Shown here: positions 38,458 through 51,300 of the stretch, piece after piece | How positions within the stretch are numbered: position 1 is the stretch's first letter | How the letters are laid out: each line of letters begins with the position of its first letter | Source of the DNA: Nemertoderma westbladi | Taxonomy: Eukaryota; Animalia; Xenacoelomorpha | Assembly (NCBI GenBank): GCA_032718475.1 | Contig: JAUCBJ010000700.1 | Location: 69,811-133,810 of the forward strand | Direction of reading: 5' to 3' | DNA: 64,000 bases | Translations under genes and position numbers: made by a program | The notes under the pieces: model-generated | What the model was told of the DNA's origin: nothing | The model's database searches: none | Seen by the model: the letters and a program-made list of their open reading frames with translations, nothing else

Positions 38458-39691
38458 CCGTAATTCGGGGTGACTTGATACATTTTAAGGTGACTTGATA
38501 CAGCAAGTTATACTTTTTTTCTTTAACGGATTGTGGGTGATTGCGTGATGTTATGATAAAAATTGAAATATTAGAAGATGTCTAAATAAATTGTCTATCA
38601 TATAGTAAAATAAATTTTGTCATTGCTTCGCATTTGTGATCACGAGAGCCAAAAATGCATTTTTCAAAAATTCACTTTTTTTAAATGTCCAAATATAGGT
38701 CGAATTTTTGACACTTTGGGTTAATGTTGTTCAAAAATTATTTTTACAGATGCTAATAGATGAGTTTGAATATTATGATCCTAAAAAAATTTACAAATTT
38801 TCATATGAATTGGGGGTGGAGTGCCCGTTTTTTGAAAGTGTATCTTAAAATGGGGTGACTTGATACATATATACGGTATATTGTAGGCGAAAATGTTCTG
38901 ATACCTGTGACTTAAACGTTGATTTGGCAAAATTTGTGCTTAAATTCATTGATTTAGTTTGCAGTTTTTTCTAAAATGTTTTGTCTTACTGTCTTCTTTA
39001 CTGGCTGACTGGTGTCAGGATGTCACAATGCAATGAAAGTCTTTTTCGTTTTTAAACTTCAATTTAACTTGATAAATATTGTTACCCTACCCTATATGTT
39101 AAATTTTCTAAAATATTTTATCTTTACTTAAACAGTTAAACCTTAAATTTGCAAAATTTGTGCTTAAATTCATTGTTTTAGTTTCCAGTTTTTTCTAAAA
39201 TGTATTGTCTTACTTACTGGTGTCAGGATGTCACTATGCAATGAAGGTCTTTTTCGTTTTTAAAGTGCAATTTAACTTGTTAAATATGAAATATTTTGCC
39301 ATAAAAAATGGAGTTATTTTTAATTTTAGCCATAATTTTATATCCCCGTTACGCCGTTAGGTGGGGACTTCGTTCTTTTTTTAAAATTTCCAATATGTAT
39401 CAAGTCACCCCCACAGCCTACAACATGATCCAAACTCATTCACAGAGTGGTATTATTGCGGAAAATTTGCTTGTGTATCAAGTCACCCCGTTATGTGGGG
39501 TGACTTGATACAGCTGGTTTTTAAGAAAAAAACACCACTAGACTAAGCACCTGAAATAGTGCTTTAGTCTAGTGGTGTAGTACTCATCCCGACTATAAAA
39601 TTTTCTTTTTATTCCATCTGTGTAGTATAAAAACTTCAGAAGATATTCACAGTTAAAGGCAAAAACTGTATCAAGTCACCCCGAATTACGG
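38458..39691. mobile_element. Tc1/mariner (pogo/Tigger-like) non-autonomous DNA element upstream of CCDC93
   Basis: Perfect TIR CCGTAATTCGGGGTGACTTGATACA with TA at both ends, internal copies of GGGGTGACTTGATACA, and no transposase ORF. Confidence 0.85.
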
Positions 39692-39812
39692 TACTACCGG
39701 TAACTGACTAAAAGACTTTCTTCTAAATTCTTTTAGTAGGCCTGGGTTATAGTACAGTCATCTGGTAAAAAAAACTCAAAAACTCCTAATAATAACTCCT
39801 GCAGCTCGGATC

Positions 39813-41579
39813 ATGTCTCAAACACAAATATTTGGAGGCCGACGTGGTAAACTCAGTACCACAGTTTCTGTCGACACTGTGGTGGACGCCGAGGGTAAAA
39901 TAGTTCGACCGGAAGTGCGTCACGACACTGACCAGGACGTTAAACAGTCGGAGACGGTAGACCTCTTGGTCGCTGCCGGGTACTTCCGAGCCCGGATAAA
40001 AGGACTCTCCGCGTTCGATAAGGTTGTCGGTGGGATGGTTTGGTGCATCACCTTGTGTAACATAGACGTGGACGTCGATTTGTTATTCCAAGAGAATTCC
40101 ACAATCGGGCAGAAAATCTCGCTAACCGAGAAAATCGTTAGAGTTCTTCCGGGATTAAAATGTCCCCACCGTTTGGAACCTCACCAAATTCAGGGGTTGG
40201 ATTTCATTCACATATTTCCGGTGGTTCAGTGGCTCGTTAAAACCGCCATGGTCTACCGGGAGGAAAGTGCAAAGCAAATCCGTCGGTTTTCCGTCAACGA
40301 ATTCAATAAATCCTTCGATTTGCCGTCGGATTTATTGTTTAGGGAGAACACTGCGTCGGCCGCCGTTAATTTGGCGAAGGTTAAAGGGATTTACGGAGCG
40401 AAAAGGCGTTTCCGTCAGAACCGTGTTGATTGGGAGGGGGAGAGGAGCAGGCGGGTTCAGCGAACGTTGGTTGAGTACAGAGGAGCAGGAGGAGTTGTAG
40501 GGGATGATGAGGGAGGGAGTAGGGAGGAGGTGGAAGGGATGTTGTTGGCGGATAGAGTGCGGCTCAGTGCGAGGACGGTGGGGCAACTAGCCAGCCTACA
40601 GGCGGAGGAGTTGCACCGTGCGGCCGGGGAGTGGGAGGCACGACGGGTTGAGTTGGAGGAGGAAGTGGGAGGCGGCCGGTTGGCGGAGGCCTTGGGGAAA
40701 CAGTTGGGGGAGAAACGGGGGGAGTTGGGGGCGGTGGAGGAGCAGTTGGAAAGAGCGACGGAGGAGTTGGGCGAGTTGGAGAGGCAAGTGGATGAGGCGG
40801 AGGCCTATAAGAGTAAGTTGGAGACCGAGTTCGGGAAATTAATGAAACTCGAGTCGGAAGTGGACCCGGAAGTACTCCGGAACCTTCGGAATCTCGTCGC
40901 GAAAAACGAGAAGATTAAAAAAGACGAACAAGAATTCAAAGCGAAATGTAAACGGGAGTTGGAGGAGATGACGAATAAGAGAGACGAACTGGTGAAGGTT
41001 ATTGAGTCAGGGGTGGATGACGCCGATAAGGCTAAGTTAGTCGAGGAGCAGCTCGATAAGGAGACTGCTCGGTTGGAGAAGGTGCGTCTACTGCGTGCGA
41101 GACGCGCCCGACAGTGCGCGGTGATACAACGTCGACTGGATTCGGTGCCGAGTCGAGCCGAACTCGCCCAGTACCAGGCGAGGTTTATCGAACTCTACGC
41201 CCAGATGGGCGCCAAACACCGCGCCACCAAGCAGCTCTACGGCCTCTATAACGTCCTCGACGACACTCGGGCCTTTATGAACAAAGAGGTCGATCTGCTC
41301 AACTCGATTCTCGATAACTTCGAAGAGGCGATGAAGTCCAACTCTTCCAAGGCGGAGTTTCTCTCGCAGATGAAGCGAATATTCGAGGGAGTGGAAGACA
41401 ACCGGAAGAAGTCGGAACGTCGTAAAATCGACGAGAAACGGAAACGCGACGAACTGAATTCGCGATACCTCGAACTCATAGAGAAACAGAGACTTTATTA
41501 TAAGACAGTTAAGGATTTCCAGACAGAATGTCGGAATAATGAAATCCTTCAATCTAAACTGACACCTCAGCCCCCCTAG
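39813..41579 (+). CDS. CCDC93: CCDC93 (CCC/Commander complex subunit), single coding exon, 588 aa
   Basis: LLVAAGYFRARIKGLSAFDKVVGGM..., LFQENSTIGQKI.LTEKIV, CPH.LEPHQIQGLDFIHIFPVVQWLVK and C-terminal coiled coil VPSRAEL.QYQ.RFIELY. Possible 5' UTR acceptor ctgcag ending at 39804. Confidence 0.96.
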   Translation: MSQTQIFGGRRGKLSTTVSVDTVVDAEGKIVRPEVRHDTDQDVKQSETVDLLVAAGYFRARIKGLSAFDKVVGGMVWCITLCNIDVDVDLLFQENSTIGQKISLTEKIVRVLPGLKCPHRLEPHQIQGLDFIHIFPVVQWLVKTAMVYREESAKQIRRFSVNEFNKSFDLPSDLLFRENTASAAVNLAKVKGIYGAKRRFRQNRVDWEGERSRRVQRTLVEYRGAGGVVGDDEGGSREEVEGMLLADRVRLSARTVGQLASLQAEELHRAAGEWEARRVELEEEVGGGRLAEALGKQLGEKRGELGAVEEQLERATEELGELERQVDEAEAYKSKLETEFGKLMKLESEVDPEVLRNLRNLVAKNEKIKKDEQEFKAKCKRELEEMTNKRDELVKVIESGVDDADKAKLVEEQLDKETARLEKVRLLRARRARQCAVIQRRLDSVPSRAELAQYQARFIELYAQMGAKHRATKQLYGLYNVLDDTRAFMNKEVDLLNSILDNFEEAMKSNSSKAEFLSQMKRIFEGVEDNRKKSERRKIDEKRKRDELNSRYLELIEKQRLYYKTVKDFQTECRNNEILQSKLTPQPP

Positions 41580-42247
41580 ACAGCGTAGAGTTACACTATT
41601 GTTACCGACTTTACAATCACTTAATTAATTATTGCATTTCCAGATTAATAGGAATGGAGAGCGGAGGTAATGGTAAGGCTTTGAAATACAAAAGTAGAGA
41701 ATCCGGATATTTAACAATTAGCTGGCGAAATATCGAATGTTGTGATCAAATATTGAAAAATGTGTTTTTGAGTAGAAAAACAATCAACTAATAAAATTGT
41801 AAGCGGATTTGAATAAATCATATTCCCTATTCCAGGAATCTGAGGCACCAATTCAATATGACGTACGTCATACCTTGAACAGTTACTAACTGACAACATT
41901 ATTTTCAAAATTTGCTCCATCGAATTTATAAGTCTTTCTGCAATTTAGTTGAGTTTTAACGAAATAAACTTATTCTATAGTTTCTAGAAAAACTGTTTTT
42001 CGCGCACCATTCTTATTAATTGCTATTCAGACTTGTGAATTGTGATTCCATAGAAGCTTTGTGCAGATAACGTTGTTTATAATTATTATTTAATTCAGAA
42101 ATATAGACTACATTATACCACTGTAAAATAAAGTGTGATTGATAATGATTTTATGGATTAGTTCGCAACCTATTCTATAAAACGGTGATAAAGGTACTAT
42201 TATTCCACTGCAGATCTAAGGAATAATGAGCAGAGGGGGTGAGCCAT

Positions 42248-42795
42248 GGGACTAAGGTCCGTACGGGACGAAGGTCCGTACGGGACGAAGGTCCGTACGG
42301 GACGAAGGTCCGTACGGGACGAAGGTCCGTACGGGACGAAGGTCCGTATGGGACGAAGGTCCGTATGGGACGAAGGTCCGTACGGGACGAAGGTCCGTAT
42401 GGGACGAAGGTCCGTACGGGACGAAGGTCCGTATGGGACGAAGGTCCGTACGGGACGAAGGTTCGTACGGGACGAAGGTCCGTACGGGACGGAGGTTCGT
42501 ACGGGACGAAGGTCCGTACGGGACGAAGGTCCGTACGGGACGGAGGTTCGTACGGGACGGAGGTTCGTACGGGACGAAGGTCCGTACGGGACGAAGGTCC
42601 GTACGGGACGAAGGTCCGTACGGGACGAAGGTCCGTACGGGACGAAGGTCAGTACGGGACGAAGGTCCGTACGGGACGAAGGTCCGTACGGGACGAAGGT
42701 CCGTACGGGACGAAGGTCCGTACGGGACGAAGGTCCGTACGGGACGAAGGTCCATACGGGACAAATTAGGGACAAAGGTCCGTAAGTGGCCATCC
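42248..42795. repeat. 17-bp GC-rich tandem repeat (~31 copies), probably the interior of a small non-autonomous element
   Basis: Unit gtacgggacgaaggtcc containing the palindrome ccgtacgg, with degenerate end units. Being stop-free, it generates overlapping ORFs on both strands. Confidence 0.9.
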
Positions 42796-43005
42796 GTGAC
42801 GTCACTTCGTCTTCTCAAGAATTTATCTGTAACCTTTTTGGTTAGAATAACGTGCCACTGTAACCTGCTCTTTTCCCTTAATCTGCCTACCTATTCGGAC
42901 ATTCGCTCTAGAACCCTCTAATAGAAACATTGGTGTTATGGGTGAATGAGTTGTTTCATCTTATGATAACTTTTTGTTGGGCACAGCTTTTGCAAATTCG
43001 GCAAT

Positions 43006-46000
43006 GGGAGGAATAAGGGAGGAATATAGGGGTCTATCTGGTCGGGACAGAGGGCAGTCTGGGGAGGAATAAGGGGGGGATTACAGGGTTCTACAATGGC
43101 GTGACAGATGGCAGTCTGGGAGGAATAAGGGGGGAATACAGGGGTCTACAATAGACAGGAGGCAGAGGGCAGTCTGGGGAGGACTAAGGGGGAATACAGG
43201 GGTCTACAATGGCGGTGCAGAGGGCAGTCTGAGAATGAATAAGGTGGGAATATAGGGGTCTACAATGGTCGGGACAGTAGTCTGGGGAGGAATAGGGGGA
43301 ATACAGGGGTCTGCAATGGTCTGGATAGAGGGTTTCTGGGGAGGGATAAGGGGGAAATACAGGGGTCTACAGTAGTTGGGACAGAGGGCAGTCTGGGGAG
43401 GGATAAGGGGGGAATACAGGGGTCTACAGTGGTCGGGACAGAGGGCAGTCTGGGGAGGAATAAGGGGGGAATATAGGGTTCTACAATGGCGCGACAGATG
43501 GCAGTCTGGGGAGGAATAATGGGGGAATACAGGGGCCTACAATTACAGGGACAGAGGGCAGTCTGGGGAAGAATAAGGGGGGAATGCAGGGGTCTATAGT
43601 GGCCGGGGCAGAGGGTAGTCTGGGGAGGTATAAGGTGGTAATACAGGGGTATATAATGGCTGGGACAGAGGGCAGTCTGGGAATGAATAAGGTGGGAATA
43701 CGGTGGTCTACAGTGGTCGGGACAGAGGTCAGTCTGGGAAGGAATAAGGGTGGAATACAGGGGTATACAATGGTCGGGACAGTAGTCTGGGGAGGAATAG
43801 GGGGAATACAGGGGTCTACAATGGTCGGGATAGAGGGTTTCTGGGGAGGGATAAGGGGGAAATACAGGGGTCTACAGTAGTCGGGACAGAGGGCAATCTG
43901 GGGAGGAATAAGGGGGGAATACAGGGGTCTACAGTGGTCGGGACAGATGGCAGTCTGGGGAGGAATAAGGGGGGAATATAGGGTTCTCCAATGGCGTGAC
44001 AGAGGGCAGTCTGGGGAGGAATAAGGGAGGAATATAGGGGTCTATCTGGTCGGGACAGGGGGTAGTCTGGGGAGGAATAAGGGAGGAATACAGGTGTCTA
44101 CACCTACAGTGGTCGGGACAGAGAGTAGTCTGGGGAGGAATAAGGGGGGATTACAGGGTTCTACAATGGCGTGACAGATGGCAGTCTGGGAGGAATAAGG
44201 GGGGAATACAGGGGTCTACGTGGTCGCGACAGGGGGTAGTCTGGGGAGGAATAAGGGGGGATACATGGGTCTACAGTGGTCGGGACAGAGGGCAGTCTGG
44301 GGAGGAATAAGGGGGAATGCAGGGGTCTACAATGGCGGGACAGAGGGTAGTCTGGGAATGAATAAGGGGGGAATACAGTGGTCTACAGGGGCGCGACAGA
44401 GGGCAGTCTGGGGAGGAATAAGGGGGGAATACAGGGGTCTACAATGCACAGGAGGCAGAGAGCAGTCTGGGGAGGAATAAGGGGGAATACAGGGGTCTAC
44501 AATGGCGGGACAGAGGGTAGTCTGGGGATGAATAAGGGGGGGAATACAGTGGTCTACAGGGGCGGGACAGAGGGCTGTCTGGGGAGAAATAAGGGGAATA
44601 CAGGGGTCTACAATAGACAGGAGGCAGAGGGCAGTCTGGGGAGGACTAAGGGGGAATACAGGGGTCTACAATGGCGGGGCAGAGGGCAGTCTGAGAAGGA
44701 ATAAGGGGGAAAACAGGGGTCTACAATGGCGGGACAGAGGGCAGTCTGGGGAGGTATATGGGGGGAATACAGGGGTCTATACAATGGACAGGGGCAGAGG
44801 GCAGTCTGTGGAGGAATAAGTGGGGAATACAGGGGTCTCCAATGGCAGGACAAAGGGCAGTCTGGGGAGGAATATGGGGGGAATACAGGGGTTTAACAGT
44901 GGTTGGGACAGAGGGCAGTCTGGTGAGGAATAAGGGGGGAATACAGGTGTCTATAATGGCGGGGACAGAGGGGAGTCTGGGGGGAATAAGGGGAAAATAC
45001 AGGGGCCTGAGGAATAAGGAGGGAAAACAGGGGTCTACAATGGCAGGGACAGAGAGCAGTCTGGGGAAGAATAAGGGGAGAATACAGGGGTCTACAATTG
45101 ACAGGAGGCAGATGGCAGTCTGATGAGGAATAAAGGAGGGTACTACAGGGGTCTGTACAATGGACGGGGGGCAGTCTTGGGAGGAATAAGGTGGGAATAC
45201 AGGGCTACAGCGGTCGGGACGACAGAGGGCACTCCGGGGAGGAATAAGGGGGAATACAGGGGTTGACAATTGACAGGGGGCAGAGGGCAGTCTGGGGAGG
45301 AATAAGGGGGGAATACAGGGCTACAGTGGTCGGGACAGAGGGCAGTCTGGGGAGGAATAAGGTGGAATACAGGGGTCTACAATGGACAGGGGGTAGAGGG
45401 CAGTCTGGGGAGGAATAAGGGGGGATACAGGGGTCTACAATGGCAGGGACAGGGGGCAGTCTGGGGAGGAATAAGGGGGGAATACAGGGGTCTACAATGG
45501 TCGGGACAGAGGTCAGTCTGGGGAGGAATAATGGGGGAATACAGGGGTCTACAATTACAGGGACAGATGGCAGGCTGGGGAGGAATAAGGGGGGAATACA
45601 GGGGTCTACAATTACAGGGACAGAGGGCAGGCTGGGGAGGAATAAGGGGGGAATACAGGGGTCTACAATTACAGGGGCAGAGGGCAGTCTGGGGAGGAAT
45701 AAGGTGGGAATACAGGGGTCTACAATTACAGCGACAGATGGCAGGCTGGGGAGGAATAAGGGGGGAATAAAGGGGTCTACAATTACAGGGACAGAGGGCA
45801 GTTTGATGAGGAATAATGAGGGAATACAGGGGTCTTTAATGGCAGGGGCAGAGGGCAGTCTGGGGAGGAATAAGGGGGGAATACAGGGGTCTACAATTAC
45901 AGGGACAGAGGGCAGTCTGGGGAGGAATAAGGGGGGAATAAAGGGGTCTACAATTACAGGGACAGAGGGCAGTTTGATGAGGAATAATGAGGGAATACAG

Positions 46001-46213
46001 GGGTCTTTAATGGCAGGGGCAGAGGGCAGTCTGGGGAGGAATAAGGGGGGAATACAGGGGTCTACAATTGCAGGGACAGAGGGCAGTTTGATGAGGAATA
46101 ATGAGGGAATACAGGGGTCTTTAATGGCAGGGGCAGAGGGCAGTCTGGGGAGGAATAAGGGGGGAATACAGTGGTATACAATGGCGTGACAGAGGGCAGT
46201 CTGGGGAGGAATA
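43006..46213. repeat. ~57-bp G-rich minisatellite (~55 copies)
   Basis: Unit gggacagagggcagtctggggaggaataaggggggaatacaggggtctacaatggca, diverged with many indels. Confidence 0.95.
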
Positions 46214-47849
46214 GATCTATAATTTTGGGCAGTTAGGGGAGTAATTCTAGTGATAGAAGACTTTTAGGATACCTCAGCTCATAGATGTTAAAAAATACGG
46301 ATGAATACTTAAAACTGAACTTACGCTAACACGCCACCTGCCTTCCCCCCATCAGCACCGATTGGTAGAAGTAGATCGGGGCGGTTTATACCATTCTGAA
46401 GTATTGCACTGGAATTCGTTGCCTTTATAGAGGATGACGATTCACTCTGCACCAAATGAGCTGTAAAACATAATATTAAATAAGTATTTAAAAAAAGATC
46501 TTTATATGAACCCTATAGAACTTGGAGCAAAACAATCTCAAAGTGGCCACCGATGCGATTCGAATCTGTGTACCAATTATCTCTAAAACATACTCCCATT
46601 ATTAGCATGCTTATAGGGGGTTGATGTGTTGTGATGCTTACCACAGAAGCACACGCATGAATACCTGACATTTTTGCTGTCTTCGTTTGCCGTAGGCGTA
46701 GGAAGGCTGTGCAACGGCCTGACAAAAGCAAACATGTCGCCTACAGTAACCGCCACTGCCCAGTGCCCATCCCATAGGTGGAAAGATAACAGGGCACCAA
46801 GGTGCAATGTCTATAGGAAGCTCGTTTGTGCCTCTGGTACACACACCCCCACGCTCTAATGAGTAGCATAAAACCGCGCTATTTGTTTTAGCATAACAAA
46901 TAAAATGCTGCACAGAGAATGATAACACACTGAATTCTTAATAGCGTAAATAAAGTGTGGCCAGATTCATGGATAAGGGAGGTGGCGATCAATACGCTTC
47001 GCACAAACCGACGATGGACCGACGATAGATTCTGAAATTGGGGTTAGAAAACAAATCGTGTATATTGTACGATACAGAAATACTGCAGGGGAATACGTAG
47101 CAGACATTTAACACAACAATAGTTTTGATATTGCCCTCTAAGACTCGGTCGTACCATAACGACCCACATTTTACATGATTAATAATCTATTTGAGACCAG
47201 TTATTTATTAGTTTACTATTAGACCCACATTCAAGCATGATACTTGAAATTGTTCGACTGATCTACAAAAGTGAAGCATGTCGTTATCAGTCCACCAACA
47301 TAAATATTTCTAGTTTTCCAACAGAATAGAAATAAACGATACGCGAGTACATTTGACTAATAGTGCGTTTACCGTAGTTACCACAAAATAAGGTTTTAAA
47401 TATAAAAAAGGTCGGCCAGAAAGAGATAAAGATGCCGCTAAGAAGATGGATTTAAATTAAAAGGTAAGATTTATTAAGGATAACAACATACAAGAAGATT
47501 ATATAGCAATAATATAAAACATTGAGTTACCCAATAAATATCTATGGTAAACGATGGCCTCTCTAAAATCATTTAAAACCCATCAAAACATGTACAACAA
47601 TAATAATTATCGTGTTTTTCGATGAGAGAAAAACATTGTATTGCCGTGTATGGTGGGATATTATTGACAAGTAATTCGCGATTGACGCAGAAGGGACCGA
47701 ATAACCGGTAATGGTCGTTTAGAAAACAAGTTACTAACCCAAGGCCGACAGTAACATCGGTCTTAAAGCAATCACGAGGGATGGGCCACACACTGCATGT
47801 TCGACTTGTACAATAAATGTACCAAACACGGACGAACAACAACAACAAA

Positions 47850-47866
47850 TTAACGGCATAACTTTC
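47850..47866 (-). CDS. Candidate terminal coding exon of the Q-rich gene (…T-G-K-L-C-R-stop)
   Basis: Strong acceptor ttgttttgctgtgtttttctcag. Joined to the phase-1 donor at 54263 it reads G|GA AAG TTA TGC CGT TAA. Confidence 0.35.
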
Positions 47867-48379
47867 CTGAGAAAAACACAGCAAAACAATAATCTGTTTG
47901 TTGGGGGGAGAGAAAATCGGAGGGGATTATTTTGCGTAATTTCAGTTGAAATGGAGGAGAATTAGTGACTTTTTCATATTTAATGTTTCAAAGGTTACAC
48001 TGCCTATATTACTACGGTACGTAATTAATCTTCATGAGGTGTACAGTTGAGGCGGCGTGCGCTAAAAAAAATGCTTAGCGAAAAGTTTAGGACTACTGCT
48101 GTTGTTGTAATATGGGGCGAGCCACGAAGTGAGCTGAGAAAAAATTAACGAACGAAACGAGGCAAATGAAGAAGGCGAGTATTGCGTTGACGACTTCTGA
48201 CTATCGACAGACAAGACCTTAATGGGGCCCTATATGCTAAGGCTTTGCTCACTTCGTGCTGCGCGAAGGCCCCATGAACGTTTAAAGATACTATGAGGTA
48301 CATCACACTCACATGTTTATTGGAACATATCAACGTAAAAAATAAATAGTAACAACTGTTTGTTTGTTTGTTTGTTTGT

Positions 48380-51300
48380 AACAACAGCTGTTTGCTGTAA
48401 CGTTACAAATAAACAATAACACTCAGCAGTTTGCTGTAACGTTACAAATAAATAATAACACTCAGCTGTTTGCTGTAACGTTACAAATAATTAGTAAGAC
48501 TCAGCTGTTTGCTGTAACTTTACAAATAAATAGTAACACTCAGCAGTTTTATGTAACGTTACAAATAAACAATAACACTCAGCAGTTTGCTGTAACGTTA
48601 CAAATAAACAATAACACTCAGCAGTTTGCTGTAACGTTAGAAATAAATAGTAAGACTCAGCTGTTTGCTGTAACGTTTCAAATAAATAGTAACACTCAGC
48701 GGTTTGATGTAACGTTATAAATAAACAATAACACTCAGCAGTTTGCTGTAACGTTACAAATAAATAATAACACTCAGCTGTTTGCTGTAACGTTACAAAT
48801 AAATAGTAAGACTCAGCTGTTTGCTGTAACGTTACAAATAAATAGTAACACTCAGCGGTTTGATGTAACGTTACAAATAAATAGTAACACTCAGCGGTTT
48901 GATGTAACGTTACAAATAAATAGTAACACTCACCTGTTTGCTGTAACTTTACAAATAAATAGTAACACTCAGCTGTTTGCTGTAACGTTACAAATAAATA
49001 GTAACACTCACCTGTTTGCTGTAACTTTACAAATAAATAGTAACACTCACCTGTTTGCTGTAACGTTACAAATAAATAGTAACACTGACCTGTTTGCTGT
49101 AACGTTACAAATAAATAGTAAGACTCAGTGGTTTGATGGAACGTTACAAATAAATAGTAACACTGACCTGTTTGCTGTAACGTTACAAATAAATAGTAAG
49201 ACTCAGCTGTTTGCTGTAACGTTACAAATAAATAGTAACACTCAGCGGTTTGATGTAACGTTACAAATAAATAGTAACACTCAGCGGTTTGATGTAACGT
49301 TACAAATAAATAGTAACACTCACCTGTTTGCTGTAACTTTGCAAATAAATAGTAACACTCAGCTGTTTGCTGTAACGTTACAAATAAATAGTAACACTCA
49401 CCTGTTTGCTGTAACTTTACAAATAAATAGTAACACTCACCTGTTTGCTGTAACTTTACAAATAAATAGTAACACTCAGCTGTTTGCTGTAACGTTACAA
49501 ATACATAGTAACACTCAGCTGTTTGCTGTAACGTTACAAATAAATAGTAACACTCACCTGTTTGCTGTAACTTTACATATAAATAGTAACACTCACCTGT
49601 TTGCTGTAACTTTACAAATAAATAGTAACACTCAGCTGTTTGCTGTAACGTTACAAATACATAGTATCACTCAGCGGTTTGATGTAACGTTACAAATAAA
49701 TAGTAACACTCAGCGGTTTGATGTAACGTTACAAATAAATAGTAACACTCACCTGTTTGCTGTAACTTTACAAATGAATAGTAACACTCAGCTGTTTGCT
49801 GTAACGTTACAAATACATAGTAACACTCAGCTGTTTGCTGTAACGTTACAAATAAATAGTAACACTGACCTGTTTGCTGTAACGTTACAAATAAATAGTA
49901 AGACTCAGTGGTTTGATGGAACGTTACAAATAAATAGTAACACTCAGCTGTTTGCTGTAACGTTAGAAATAAATAATAACACTCAGCTGTTTGCTGTAAC
50001 GTTACAAATAAATAGTAAGACTCAGCTGTTTGCTGTAACGTTACAAATAAATAGTAACACTCAGCGGTTTGATGTAACGTTACAAATAAATAGTAACACT
50101 CAGCGGTTTGATGTAACGTTACAAATAAATAGTAACACTCACCTGTTTGCTGTAACTTTGCAAATAAATAGTAACACTCAGCTGTTTGCTGTAACGTTAC
50201 AAATAAATAGTAACACTCACCTGTTTGCTGTAACTTTACAAATAAATAGTAACACTCACCTGTTTGCTGTAACTTTACAAATAAATAGTAACACTCAGCT
50301 GTTTGCTGTAACGTTACAAATACATAGTAACACTCAGCTGTTTGCTGTAACGTTACAAATAAATAGTAACACTCACCTGTTTGCTGTAACTTTACAAATA
50401 AATAGTAACACTCACCTGTTTGCTGTAACTTTACAAATAAATAGTAACACTCAGCTGTTTGCTGTAACGTTACAAATACATAGTATCACTCAGCGGTTTG
50501 ATGTAACGTTACAAATAAATAGTAACACTCAGCGGTTTGATGTAACGTTACAAATAAATAGTAACACTCACCTGTTTGCTGTAACTTTACAAATGAATAG
50601 TAACACTCAGCTGTTTGCTGTAACGTTACAAATACATAGTAACACTCAGCTGTTTGCTGTAACGTTACAAATAAATAGTAACACTGACCTGTTTGCTGTA
50701 ACGTTACAAATAAATAGTAAGACTCAGTGGTTTGATGGAACGTTACAAATAAATAGTAACACTCAGCTGTTTGCTGTAACGTTACAAATAAATAGTAGCA
50801 CTTCTGTTTGCTGTAACGTTACAAATAAATAGTAACACTTCTGTTTGCTGTAACGTTACAAATAAATAGTAACACTCAGCGGTTTGATGTAACGTTACAA
50901 ATAGATAGTAACACACAGGGGTTTGATGTAACGTTACAAATAAATAGTAACACTCAGCTGTTTGCTGTAACGTTACAAATAAATAGTAACACTCAGCTGT
51001 TTGCTGTAACGTTACAAATAAATAGTAACACTCACCTGTTTGCTGCAACTTTACAAATAAATAGTAACACTCAGCGGTTTGATGTAACGTTATAAATAAA
51101 CAATAACACTCAGCAGTTTGCTGTAACGTTACAAATAAATAATAACACTCAGCTGTTTGCTGTAACGTTACAAATAAATAGTAAGACTCAGCTGTTTGCT
51201 GTAACGTTACAAATAAATAGTAACACTCAGCGGTTTGATGTAACGTTACAAATAAATAGTAACACTCAGCGGTTTGATGTAACGTTACAAATAAATAGTA

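Noticed and set aside
42200-42921. Overlapping Arg/Gly/Pro-rich ORFs on both strands
   Set aside because: A 17-bp unit without stop codons opens all frames. No coding evidence.
43584-46189. Gly-rich repeat ORFs (GTEGSLGRNKGGIQGSTIT)n resembling structural or antifreeze proteins
   Set aside because: Frequent frameshifting indels across the array and no signal peptide or splice context.
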